From positions 44,992,001-45,056,000 of the forward strand of contig CP068257.2 in the NCBI GenBank assembly GCA_009914755.4: a stretch of DNA of 64,000 nt, given 5' to 3'. This document shows positions 29,161-44,089 of the stretch, piece by piece. The DNA is from the human T2T-CHM13v2.0 reference genome, Homo sapiens. The notes below the pieces were generated by a model. It was given only the letters and a program-made list of their open reading frames with translations. It searched no databases and was not told the origin of the DNA. Every line of letters begins with the position of its first letter. The first letter of the stretch is position 1. A program made the translations under genes and the position numbers.

Positions 29161-29289
29161 ATTTTTTTTTTTAAATCAGACTTAAGGTCTGCCTTGATGT
29201 TAATGCTGGAGGAGTGTAAAAAGGCATGTCCAACTCTTACTTCCCTTCGAGGCCAGAATAGTCTCTCAGGTTGAACTTCAGGGTCCCCT

Positions 29290-30540
29290 GGTAAAGGAGG
29301 GAGTCCAGTCAGACGGCTGCGGGGGAGGGGGGGCTTCGAATTTTATGTTTTACAGGCATTAGCGCCACCCATTTCTCCTTAACCCCAAACTTCCTCTCCC
29401 CACAACAGAAACGTCATCATTCTGCTTCCACTTATCCAGAAGAAAGGCAGAGGGCGCACACTGCGCAGCGCGGATGGGAAAGTTAACTGAATTATTTGCG
29501 GGAAGACAGAGGAGGTGGGGGTCCCCCAAGCCCCAGCCATTTTGTGGCTCGTAGGGGTTGTCGCTTCCCAAGCCGTGAATGGCCCAAACCCGCCCCCCGC
29601 CCCAGGTCGGACTCCTGCCCCGCGCCCCTCTGGGTCGGACCCCAAGCCGAGCCCCCCAACCCCGCGGCTGGGCTGGGCGATTGGGGACGAGCTCCACACA
29701 TGGAGATCCTGGCCTCGCCTCGCAAGGCCGCGGGACGCGCAGATGTGAAGTGCGCCTGCGCGGGGCGCAGCCCCAGCTGCAGACGATCTGTGAGCGACGC
29801 GCCGGCGCAAGTCGAGGGCGGTGGCTTGGCTTCCCTGGAATGGGGGACGTCTTAGGACTGCGCCTGCGCGGGGCGCCGGGCCCTGGGCGGGGCCTTCCCG
29901 GCTGACGGCCTGCGTGCACTGCGCTTGCGCGGGTTGAGGGCGGTGGCTCAGGCTCCTGGAAAGGACCGTCCACCCCTCCGCGCTGGCGGTGTGGACGCGG
30001 AACTCAGCGGAGAAACGCGATTGAGGTAGGTGTCCTGATGGGCAGCTCAGATGGCTGGACTGCACGTAAGGAAGGACAGGCCAGGTGAGGCGTCCTCGCA
30101 CTGCGTGTGCGTCGCTGGCGGACAGAGGCCTCCGCCCCCTTTTGGGACCTCCGAGCGCCTTCGCGATCTCAGCCACTTTCCCTGGCGTCCAAACGGGAGC
30201 TCGGTCCCCGTCACACCCTTCCCTGCGTGCCGCACCCCTTCCCGGCCACTCCCGCCGTCCAGCGCCTTCTACGGCCACGCCCACCCCACCACCATCTCTG
30301 TCACGCCCTTCGCGGCCACGCCCACCTGCCTGGCGGCCCCTGCCCCGAAGCTCGCGGCGCTGTCCCAGCCTGACCCTCTCGTGCCCCTGCGTCCACGCGT
30401 GGCCCTCTCGCTTCCTGCCCCCTTCTCACCCCCCTTCACTGGCCACCTGTTCCAACCCTCCATGATCCTGTTCCTCCCGAGGGCATCTTAGGAGGGCAGG
30501 GTCCTGCGCGCACTGCGGCCTCCACTCCGACCCCGTCCCA
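29290..30540 (+). promoter_or_regulatory. PRMT2: CpG-island promoter of PRMT2. It is very CpG/GC dense, contains GC boxes (for example gggcggggc near 29885) and NRF1-like GCGCCTGCGC palindromes, and ends at the first splice donor.
   Basis: The region is dense in CpG and GC and lies immediately 5' of a consensus donor (gag|gtaggt at 30025/30026). The next exon, 1.2 kb downstream, carries the ATG of a fully reconstructable PRMT2 CDS. The long antisense ORFs here are GC-composition artefacts. Confidence 0.8.
29940..30025 (+). other. PRMT2: PRMT2 non-coding first exon (5'UTR). The 5' boundary (transcription start) is not determinable from sequence; the 3' end is at the donor ttgag|gtaggtg.
   Basis: A consensus 5' splice site at 30026-30027 inside the CpG island is followed by exon 2, which has a polypyrimidine-AG acceptor and the start codon. 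The transcription start is inferred only. Confidence 0.4.
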
Positions 30541-31213
30541 GTTTGGACCCAGGTCTTCCAATGAAAATATAATTATGCAAATCAGTAAGCATTTGTAACT
30601 ACGAATATCACAAAAATAAGCTTCAAGTCTGGATTTAGAAGTGAAGCATGCATTTTAAACAAAGAATTGCTATGCAATTTTAAAAACACATTGATCCCAG
30701 AGCAGTGTGTGGATTACACTATCACTGGAAAAATACGAATTGAGAAGAAGGAAAAGACTGGAAGATGCAGACCTTGGTTCCTGTTAGTGGAAACACTGTA
30801 AGGTCCCAGGTAGGGACTTTTAATTGGAATTAAAGCTATCACACTTCTAAGAAATTAATGAATACTGATTTATTGCCTTAAGTCGACACCTGATCTAACA
30901 GAAACTAACAGGCTTCAGCAAATGAACAAGATTAACACCTTGCAGACTAGTGAAGAAAACACACTATTTGAAGTTTATGATTTTTAAATGCTTTTGTCTC
31001 TGTAAAGTATTGTAAATTTTCATTTCTACACTAATCTTCACACATACACATTTTACTTCTATTTGGTAGAGGACATCATGCACATTAGAAGTTAAGTGAA
31101 CTCAATTATTAAGCAATGTAACAAGTACTTTGTGTCTCCTTCTCTTTTTAAAAGTAGAAATGGAAAAGAAAATGAAATAAATCAGCAGTTATGAGGCAGA
31201 GCCTAAGAGAACT

Positions 31214-31252
31214 ATGGCAACATCAGGTGACTGTCCCAGAAGTGAATCGCAG
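31214..31252 (+). CDS. PRMT2: PRMT2 coding exon 2: ATG start, MATSGDCPRSESQ. The exon probably begins near 31155 after ttctctttttaaaag|, so 31155-31213 would be 5'UTR.
   Basis: atggcaacatcaggtgactgtcccagaagtgaatcgcag|gtaatt. Translation matches the PRMT2 N-terminus. The donor GT is at 31253. Confidence 0.9.
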
Positions 31253-32011
31253 GTAATTTCCGTTCCACTTCCTAAAAATCTGTGTTTAATGAATGTGAGC
31301 ATTACAGAGAGCTAAGCGTCAGCTCACAGATGTGATGGAGCTTGGCTTGTGCCTTGGAAGGTGGCCACCGGCAGTAGAATGCTTAAATGTGAAGATTGTG
31401 AGGCAGAGGAAACGCAGTGCCTGTAAGGTGACATCCTGCATTGGGCACCATAACAATTCTAAGGAAATACTTAGCCCCAAAACATCAGCATCATTTAGGG
31501 TTCCATTTTTGGTACGTGAACTGGCAAAGCAAGCATATTTTCTGAGCTGTTCAATAAAATTTCAGGCATAATACCAGCAATATATTGAAGGCAAGTTGGA
31601 CACATTAGAAAAGATTTATGTATTCATACTGTTTCTGCCTGGGGTACTCATGTAGTTTCGTTCAAGTTAGCAGTAAAAAATACCCCTCAAATTGTAAAGA
31701 CTGTTGATTATGTAAAAGTCACCAACTGAATAATAGATACTGTTTTTAAAAATCAAGCATTTCCGTATCTGTTATGTCAATTTTAATGTTTTCTTTTTTT
31801 CTCTTTCATTCCAATGAGCTTTCATTTGGCTTTTTATATATAGGAATTTTATTTATAGTCAGAATCTTTCGTTAATTTCTTTAATTATTCATAAAATGTT
31901 TTAATTCCGTGGACATCTTATTTTTCTTTTGAGAAATTTAACAAATATTAGGACATTTCCAGAATGATATTGTAAACATCAAGTACATTAAACAGTGTAC
32001 ATTAAGCTATA

Positions 32012-32075
32012 TATATGTGTGTGTATATACATATATGTGTGTGTGTGTGTGTATATATATATGTATATATAAAAA
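32012..32075. repeat. Simple repeat (TA)n/(TG)n.
   Basis: atatatatgtgtgtgtatatacatatatgtgtgtgtgtgtgtgtatatatatatgtatatata. Confidence 0.9.
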
Positions 32076-32082
32076 ATACTGT

Positions 32083-32240
32083 CGGGTGTGTCTGTAGTTC
32101 AGCTACTCAGGAGGCTGAAGCAGGAGAATCACTTGGGGCCGGGAGTTTGAGGATGTGGTGTATTATGATTGTGCCTGTGAATAGCCACTGCATTCCAGCA
32201 CGGCCAATAAACTGAGACTTCATCTCTTAAAAAAGAAAAA
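32083..32240 (+). mobile_element. Alu right-arm fragment.
   Basis: gtcgggtgtgtctgtagttcagctactcaggaggctgaagcaggagaatcacttggggccgggagtttgagg...gccactgcattccagcacggccaataaactgagacttcatctc. Confidence 0.7.
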
Positions 32241-32619
32241 GCGACACTCTAGATAAAGTTTGTTCCCCAGTCTCAGTCCTATTCCTCCTCTTCTCTCTCT
32301 AGAGGCAAACACTACTGTGAATCATGAGTCTGTTTTGTGCCACTGCACCATTTTTATACCTCTATGGCTTATATAGATATACTTGAATGACATATGATAT
32401 TGTTTGTGTGGGCTTTTTAGAGTTTCCATAGTGGTGTCATACTGTCAGTGTCACCTGTAGCTTGCCTCTTCATATAACTTTACCTTTGGGGAAGTTGTCC
32501 TTGTTATGTGTGTAATGCTGGTTCAATCCTGCCACTGTAGGGTACTCCTGTAGTGTGTTCCTTCTCTGAAAGTGTAAAGTATCCTATTTGTAGATATGTG
32601 TATGGGCCTGTTGCAGTCT

Positions 32620-34959
<2,340 letters not shown>

Positions 34960-35261
34960 TGATGGTTTTTTTTTTTTAATTTTGGAAAAATCTCCACCAT
35001 TATCTCTTCATTTATTTTTTTCTGCCTCATCTTCTGTCTTCTTTTTTGGGGTCTCCATGTAAACATAAGTTAGAATTTTTGCTGCTGTTTGACATGTCTC
35101 ATGCTCTATTCTTATTTTTTTTTTCATTTTGTGCTTCAGTTTGGAAAATTTCTGTTGACCTGACTCTTGAGGCGCTGATCATAAACAAGATAACTGGGAA
35201 AACAATATGTTTGTAAAACAATTTCTTGAGATGTGAAATAGTATCTATATTATACCAAGAG

Positions 35262-35402
35262 TAGTCCCAGCTACTTGAGAGGCTGAGGTAGGAGGATTGC
35301 TTTAGCTTGGGAGGTGGAGGTTGCCATGAGCCAGGATCATGCCACTGCACTCTAGCCTGGGTGACAGAGGGTGACCTCATCTCAAAAAAAAAAAAAAAAA
35401 AA
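35262..35402 (+). mobile_element. Alu right-arm fragment with a poly(A) tail.
   Basis: gtagtcccagctacttgagaggctgaggtaggaggattgctttagcttgggaggtggaggttgccatgagccaggatcatgccactgcactctagcctgggtgacagagggtgacctcatctc(a)n. Confidence 0.85.
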
Positions 35403-35667
35403 AGCGTATTCTTCAACCCTGGCATTCTATCCTGCAGAAATAAAATGTCATCACATAAGCTTATCTGTGCACAGACTTCTTTTATTGCAGCATCGGTTAT
35501 GGTGGTAGAAAACTGGATACCAAGACAAAGTCTATCAAAGGGGGATGGCTGAAGAATCAAGTGGAATTCCTGCTATGGAATATCGTATAGCCATTGAAGG
35601 TAGTAAATCAGGGTTCTAACAGTTGGAGAGTTTTTCCAGAAGGTATTGTGTAAGAAAAGCAAAGTGC

Positions 35668-36076
<409 letters not shown>

Positions 36077-37010
36077 TTAGTAAGGGTTGCCTGGGCTGGG
36101 TGGATCGGGGATGGGGTGGAGAGCAAGCAGAGGGCAGTGCTGCCTTAGAGTGAGTCATGCTCCTGGCATAGGGAAAAGCACGAAGGGTACAAATAGACAG
36201 TAAGGTAAAAAAAGATGCCAGCAAGTATTTTAAAAACGCCTAACCACACAAAGAGAGGGAAATGGAAGTAACAACAGTGATTTTTACCCATGAAATTGAC
36301 AGAGACTAAAGTGATTGGTATCTATTGAGTGAGAGTGTGGGAAGATTGGTGGTTCCCTCTCAGCAAGCGGTCCAGGGAACACCTTTCTGGAGAGCACTGG
36401 GTGGTAAAACCAAAAGCCACATAGTCTCAGTCCATCAAGTTCACATTCAGAGACTTACCCTAAGAAGATTAAGGTACATACAGAATGATTTATGTTGAAA
36501 GAAGTTCATCTTAACATGATTTAGAATAGTAAAAACTGAAAAGTCTAAATGTACAAGACTAGGAAACTGGATAGGTAAGTCCTGATAATTCATAGACTGG
36601 ATATTAAATAGTGTTAGAAGTATATTTAATAAGAAAAATGTTCAGAGTTTATAAAGTGAAAACCATAGGCCACAGGCTTATTGTGTGAACCCAGTGAATG
36701 CTTTGTACTTATGTTACGTGTCCACTTTTTTAAAAGTCTGAAAGTATAAACACCAATGTGCTGTCTGTTATTATCTGTGATCAGTGAGCAAAATTACAGG
36801 AGGTTTTAATTTTCTTCTGTGTACTTGGTGTTTTCACACATTTTCTAAAGTAAACACGAATTACTTTTATGTTTAGGAAAATGTGTTTAAAATGTATGTA
36901 TTGAGACAAGGTTGATTCATTGAACTGGAGTGTGTGATCTGAGGTTCTGCCCCCTGCAGTGATGTCTTCCAGGCAAGCTTATTCTTATATAAAGTGAACG
37001 ACCAGGCATG

Positions 37011-37292
37011 GTGGCTCATGCCTGTAGTCCTAGCACTTTGGGAGGATGAGGCAGGTGGATTGCCTGAGCTGAGGATTTCGAGGCCAACCTGGGCAACATG
37101 GTGAAACCCCATCTCTACTAAAAATACAAAAAATTAGCTGGGTGTAGTGGTGCACACCTGTTGTCCCAGCTACTTGGGAGGCTGAGGCATCAGAATCACT
37201 TGAACCTGGGAGGCGGCAGAGGTTGCCCTGAGCCGAGATCATGCCATTGCCCTCCAGCCTGGGCAACAGAGCAAGACTCTGTCTCAAAAAAA
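37011..37292 (+). mobile_element. Alu.
   Basis: accaggcatggtggctcatgcctgtagtcctagcactttgggaggatgaggcaggtggattgcctgagctgaggatttcgaggccaacctgggcaacatggtgaaacccc ... gcctgggcaacagagcaagactctgtctcaaaaaaaa. Confidence 0.9.
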
Positions 37293-37780
37293 ATGGAGGG
37301 GTTGGGGGAGGCTCCAAGGACCTGTGTGGGTCCAAGCTGGGCTCTGCTGCCTCGTGGAGGTTTGTGCCATGCCATCAGCTCTTTCCACAGGCCCCTGGCT
37401 GTGCCTGCCTGGGGTGCTGGGCCCCTGGCTCTGTCCTCACACTGGTTTCTCTTCATGGGGTTGATGATCACCTTCAGGAAGCAAAGCTGATGAAGGACAA
37501 GGGCTCCTCACCAAATAGACACTAGTGGTGCCTGTTTCTGACTTCTTGCTTTGATGTTCTCTTTTAGGGTCCAGATAATTTTTTTTTTTAGAAAAGAAAT
37601 GTAGAGTGAAGGTGACAGCCTTTGATTATAGTAGTAAAGATGATCCAAATAGTTTGTATAATAAATACTTGGACACATGAATCTGTATTTGAAATTTGAA
37701 ACCATCCTAATAATATAGCCAAAAAAAAAAAAAAAAAAGCTCCAGCGTCCTCTCCTCACGCTTTCCTTGGCTTTGAGCAG

Positions 37781-37885
37781 GGAGAAGAGCCTGCTGAGTG
37801 CAGTGAGGCGGGTCTCCTGCAGGAGGGAGTACAGCCAGAGGAGTTTGTGGCCATCGCGGACTACGCTGCCACCGATGAGACCCAG
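37781..37885 (+). CDS. PRMT2: PRMT2 coding exon 3 (GEEPAECSEAGLLQEGVQPEEFVAIADYAATDETQ; start of SH3 domain).
   Basis: Acceptor ctttgagcag|gg and donor cccag|gtagcc. The exon is 105 nt, in frame with exon 2. Confidence 0.93.
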
Positions 37886-38551
37886 GTAGCCACACGTGGT
37901 GGTTAATGCTTTATGGCTTTCAGCATGTTCAGTGTCAAAAGGAGATAAATTTTGCAGACGTCACACCAAAGTTAAATGAAGAGGTATTCAGATGCGTAGG
38001 GCCACACAAGACCTGTGTGTGAAGCTCACAGCCCAGCCAGTTCTGCCTCAAGCATGATGTAAAGATACCAGGCATGGAGTGGGGACCCTCAGCCAGGGGC
38101 AGAAGCACCTGTTCTGGTTTCTACTTGGAATGTAGAACCCACCCAGTTAATGAAAAGTAAGGCTACCAAATATATCAAGCTATATCTGCTTGGACGTAGC
38201 TTTGTTTACTTTGTGACAGGAATTTCTTAGAGTCAGCCTCCAGTAACTCAGTTGGCATAGTTGAGTTACAATGAAGAGGCTGTTGAGAAATTCTCTCCTA
38301 AGCCATTTGAAAATGTTTACTCCTTCTTTTAAAAAATATCTGTTAAGCTGTGCCCTCCTTTCAGGTAGATGTTCCAGAGGCATCGCTAAGTCATGGTGTC
38401 ACTTGCAAACATTCTCAGTTGCTGTCATTACCCACTGACTCCTGTTTGAAATCTCTGTGATTTTGTCACCATTGATGGGATTTATCACTGAGCCACATTT
38501 GAAATACCAATGACTGGTTTTCTTATTGAATTTTAACTTTTTTTTTTCCAG

Positions 38552-38734
38552 CTCAGTTTTTTGAGAGGAGAAAAAATTCTTATCCTGAGACAAACCACTG
38601 CAGATTGGTGGTGGGGTGAGCGTGCGGGCTGCTGTGGGTACATTCCGGCAAACCATGTGGGGAAGCACGTGGATGAGTACGACCCCGAGGACACGTGGCA
38701 GGATGAAGAGTACTTCGGCAGCTATGGAACTCTG
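38552..38734 (+). CDS. PRMT2: PRMT2 coding exon 4 (LSFLRGEKILILRQTTADWWWGERAGCCGYIPANHVGKHVDEYDPEDTWQDEEYFGSYGTL; SH3 domain).
   Basis: Acceptor tttttttccag|ctc and donor actctg|gtattg. The exon is 183 nt. The ALYDY/WW/SH3-type signature is visible, and the six-frame ORF at 38561-38824 covers it. Confidence 0.95.
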
Positions 38735-39199
38735 GTATTGCTTTCTAAATTCCCTGTTCAGCTGGCCAGGCGGTGGGTTCTCTCTAGCTTTAGTTCTACT
38801 GCAACGTTCAGAGCAGGCCCATAGTCTTACAGGCCAGAGCTCCTCTGTTGTAGCCACTCAGCTCTGACATGGTTGTGTGGAAGCCACTGTGGATGACACA
38901 CAAAGTGTGCACTGTTGTGTTCCAATAAAACTTTATTTATGGATCTTGAAATTTGAATTTATACTGTACAGTTTTCATGTGTCACAAAGTATTTTCTTTT
39001 GATTTAAAAAAATCATTTAAAAATGTAAAACCCACTGTTAGTTTGGAGGCCATCCAAAAACAGGTGGTGGGCTAGATTTGGCCCATGGCTTAGTTTGCCG
39101 ACCCCTGGCTTAGAGATATGATTTGAGCAATGAGATTATGTGCGTGCTCCCTCAGTATTTAAAAAAAAAGCAGTAAATTTTACTTTAAAAATGAAATTA

Positions 39200-39665
<466 letters not shown>

Positions 39666-39669
39666 TTAG

Positions 39670-39822
39670 GTCAGGTGTGGTGGCTCATGCCTGTAATCAC
39701 AGGACTTTGGGAAGCTGAGGTCAGAGCATCACTTGAAGCCAGGAGTTCAAGTCTGTGGTGAGCTATGATTGCGCTACTGCACTCCAGCCTGGGTGATTGA
39801 ACCAGACTCTGTCCCTAAAAAA
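39670..39822 (+). mobile_element. Alu with a large internal deletion (left arm joined to the right-arm 3' end).
   Basis: ggtcaggtgtggtggctcatgcctgtaatcacaggactttgggaagctgaggtcagagcatcacttgaagccaggagttcaagtctgtggtgagctatgattgcgctactgcactccagcctgggtgattgaaccagactctgtccctaaaaaaataataaaa. Confidence 0.8.
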
Positions 39823-40037
39823 ATAATAAAAGCCCAGCTTCTAAATAGCTTACCGAAATTTTTTCCCCACCATGGAGAAATGCCTATAACCCGATGGTCC
39901 AGGCAACAATCTCTGGTTACATTTTAAAACTAGATGAAAACAGTTACTTGCAGGATGAATGTTATAAAAATGATGTTAGTTGAAAGAAGGAATAGGGCAA
40001 AGAATCTATAACGTTTGACTCAATTATATAAAGTTAA

Positions 40038-40433
<396 letters not shown>

Positions 40434-41864
40434 TGAATGGAGGTTACCTGCTGGTAGGGGAGGCTCTGGGACCAGCGTGGCTGAGTCAGGAGTTCTGACA
40501 TGCTGGCAGTGTTCTGGGGTTGGATATAGGTATAGAGGTGTTTGCTATATAACAATACTTGACTAACTCTGCAGATACTTTTTATTGCACTTTTTCGCAG
40601 GTATGCCATATTTCACAATTAAAAGTGTTAAAAACTATTCATGTCTGTACATGGTTAGTGATTTCTATCCGTTAAGGAAAGATACATAATGAAAAGCCAA
40701 TTCCAGCCTCCCACCTCTGCCGCCTCTCAGCTCAAAGAACCACTGCCCACCAGATTCCTCTGTGCTTATGAAGTCCAAGTGACACCTAATGTATTTTACG
40801 TTTTTAATGTATAGAAAAGGCATTGTTCCACCACTCAGGTCTTCACCTTGCTCTTTTCACGTAGCTGTAGTATTTTGAAGATCTCTCATATTGGCACCTG
40901 TCACTCTTTATAACAGCTGCAGAGCGTTGTGTTACTTTAAAAGGGTCCTGTTGATATTTGGACAGTGGTTATTTAATAGCTTTTTATCATGATAAATAAT
41001 GCTGTAATGGAGTCCTGTATAATCCTGTTAAATGCTGTTTAGAATTTCTATAGGGTAAATTCCTACGGGGTGTGTGTGTGTAGTGTGTACATGTGGTTTC
41101 CTTAAGTGGATCTTGCCAGTTCGCCCTCCAGAAAGATTTGCTAATTATACACTTGGTCTGTTTGTGCTGCTGTAACAAAATACCTTAGACTGAGTGAATT
41201 ATGAAGAACAAAGCTTTGTTTCTCGCAGTTCTGGAGGCTGGGAAGGCATTGGCATTGGTGTCCAAGATGGCGCCTCATGGCTGTCCTCACGTGGTGAAGG
41301 CGGGAGGGCTGGGAGCACCTCTTTCACCACAAACCCTTTCATAGTAACCTCCAAAGGTGGCCTCTTAATGCCATCACACTGACGATTAAGTTTCAGTACA
41401 TGGATTTTTGGAGACATTTCAGACCGTGGCATGATGGTGTGTGAAAGCTCATTTCCCTACCACAAATCAAAGTGAAAAAGGACTTTGATCTTAAAAGTTA
41501 AATATGGCATCTTTTAGTTTTGATTTCCATTTTTTAAGTAAGATTGATTATCTTTTATGTGTTTATGGGCCTTTTGTATTTTTTCTTTTTTTGTAAACTT
41601 TCATATTATTTGCCCCTTTTGATTTTTGTTGATTCGTGTGTTAAGTAATTTAGCCTGAATTTGTGAAGTTTTGTGACTTTGTGAAATTTTTTCCCACGTA
41701 CAACTTTTTTCTTTGTATAGCCTAATATGGTTTTCTTTTCTTTGTGACTTCTTTTTCTTTTCTTTGTGAAAAACCTTCCTCACTATAAGATTATAAATAC
41801 CCACACTTTTGTTTTCAGAACTGTTATGATTCTGTGTTATTTTATTTTTGTTTTTTATGTTTTT

Positions 41865-42014
41865 TAGAGATGGTGTCACACTCTGTCGTATGAGTGGCTG
41901 GAGTGCGGTGGTGCAGTCATAGTGCACTGTATCCTCAAACTCCTGGGTTTAAGGGACCTTCACCTTAGCTTCCCAAAGTACCGGGATTACAGGGGTGAGG
42001 CACCCTGCCTGGCC
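41865..42014 (-). mobile_element. Alu-monomer-like fragment (antisense).
   Basis: gatggtgtcacactctgtcgtatgagtggctggagtgcggtggtgcagtcatagtgcactgtatcctcaaactcctgggtttaagggaccttcaccttagcttcccaaagtaccgggattacaggggtgaggcaccctgcctggcc. Confidence 0.6.
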
Positions 42015-42807
42015 TTCTGATTCTATTTTAAACAATGAGATTTTAAATAATAAAAAATCTAGAAATTATTTGTTGTAAAAAATATAATGTAAAATTCCGC
42101 CCTAATGTATGCCCACAAATCTCCAGCGACCCCAGCCTCAGTTACTGGACAGTTCCCTTCGCGTTGATGTGAAACGGTGCGTTTGTCCTGCTCTGGATTT
42201 CAGGGGTCTGCTGTAGAATTCCTGTTGTTTCACTGGTCTGTTTACTGCAGTTCCCAGTGCTTCGTCATTTCCATCACTGCACCTTTGTAGGATCTGCAAG
42301 AGCTAGGTCTCCAGCAGTTCTTTTTTTTTTAAAGCATTTTCCTCATTAGCCTTGGGCACTTACTGTTTTGAAACTAATTTTATTATCATTTTGTTGTGCT
42401 TTCTCCTTTAGTAGGTACTGCATGGAATGTTTATGTTAATTTTGGGAGAGCTGACATCTTTATAACATTGACTCTCAGTCTCTGATTACTTAAGCTTTGT
42501 TTAATATCTCTTAGTATTTTAAGATAAGGACAATATCTCTTTGTCATACATGGTTGTGCACCTTTCTTGTTAAATTTGTTCCTAGGTATTTTTTGTGTAT
42601 TATTACTGTTATAAGGGGGTGGGTGAAGTGTTCTCTAAATACCAATGAGATTAACTTGGTTGACAGTGATGTCCAGGCCTTCCATAGTCTTCCATAGGGG
42701 TGTTGGGGTCAGGGGTCATCAGCTGTGGCTCTGACCCTCCATCTCAGTCCAGACCTCAGCATGGCTCTAGGTCACAGGCAGTGATTCTGAATGTGCATTT
42801 CTTCCAG

Positions 42808-42969
42808 AAACTCCACTTGGAGATGTTGGCAGACCAGCCACGAACAACTAAATACCACAGTGTCATCCTGCAGAATAAAGAATCCCTGACGGATAAAGTC
42901 ATCCTGGACGTGGGCTGTGGGACTGGGATCATCAGTCTCTTCTGTGCACACTATGCGCGGCCTAGAGCG
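42808..42969 (+). CDS. PRMT2: PRMT2 coding exon 5 (KLHLEMLADQPRTTKYHSVILQNKESLTDKVILDVGCGTGIISLFCAHYARPRA; SAM-binding motif I).
   Basis: Acceptor tttcttccag|aaa and donor agagcg|gtgagt. The exon is 162 nt. VLDVGCGTG is the class I methyltransferase motif I. Confidence 0.95.
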
Positions 42970-43924
42970 GTGAGTGGGGTCTCGAGCGCATCCCGGGTGT
43001 TTGTGCCGAGGCTGGTGACGTCCGAGGTGGCCTCTGAGTGTGCTGACTTGTGACCCTGAGCTGTTGGGGGCTCACCGGTGACTCCATGGTCTTGTTGAGC
43101 ACCCTGCACGTGGGGCTCAGGGTCGGTAAAATAGCAGTGCGTGGAGACCGCGTGCTAGAGGCCGTAGCGCCCGCGTACAATGAGTCGCAGACAGCACAGA
43201 CGGGAGTAGGGCAGAATAGACAATATCCCGTGAATTGCGTGGGGCGGGGTATGTTCTGTGAGACGTTTATTTCAGTTGAGTAGAGAAACACGTGCACCCA
43301 CATGTCTGTGCTGGGCCTTGGGTGTGGTTGGTCTCATGGGGTTGGGAGGGATGCACACGCTGGGCCCCCTCCCCACCCCTCTTGGGCCGTCTATACTGTG
43401 CTGAGCTGAGCCGAGCTGCAGCCTTGGAGACTCCTTACACAGTGGGTGGGGTCGCAGCACAGTGTCCACCCAAGTCCAGGCTCTGCAGGACCCAGGACCC
43501 AGCGCTTGGGTGCTTCCCACCAGACCCTTCCCTGAGAACCTGGGTTTGAAATTGTCTGACAGGCCTCAGATGTGGCACAGACCAGCATTGTCACTTGGGT
43601 GCTAAGAAGTTGCTGTGCTGGTCATGGATTAAGATTGCTGTGCGTGTGGCAGCCGGCTCGGGCATGCGAGTCTTCCATCCACTTGCAGCCCTGCGTCTGT
43701 GTCTTGTCCGGGAGGTGGGGGCAGTTGGGAGGGTTAGAGGCGGCTCCTTTCTGGGTGCCCCTGGAGGGGCAGGTGTGGCCAGTCCTCGCTGCCTCTGCTG
43801 TCTGGAATGCTGCTTCCCTCTTGTGTCATTGACCATTTCTCGTGATGCTGGTTGTGACTCAGGAGAGTAGATGACGGGCCGTGTGCCGGCCGGATGTACG
43901 CTGACGGTGCCTCTGCTGCTGCAG

Positions 43925-44089
43925 GTGTACGCGGTGGAGGCCAGTGAGATGGCACAGCACACGGGGCAGCTGGTCCTGCAGAACGGCTTTGCTGACATCA
44001 TCACCGTGTACCAGCAGAAGGTGGAGGATGTGGTGCTGCCCGAGAAGGTGGACGTGCTGGTGTCTGAGTGGATGGGGACCTGCCTGCTG
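43925..44089 (+). CDS. PRMT2: PRMT2 coding exon 6 ([55 protein letters not shown]; post-I and motif II).
   Basis: Acceptor ctgctgcag|gtgtac and donor ctgctg|gtgagg. The exon is 165 nt. Confidence 0.95.

Noticed and set aside
29359-30491. Long ORFs on both strands through the promoter CpG island (for example minus 29379-30284 at 301 aa, minus 29359-29973 at 204 aa, and plus 30051-30491 at 146 aa).
   Set aside because: They have an extreme GC/CpG composition. The products are low-complexity Pro/Arg/Gly/Ala-rich, and the ORFs overlap on both strands. They lie in a promoter whose real product is spliced PRMT2, and there is no independent coding signal. They are GC-composition artefacts.
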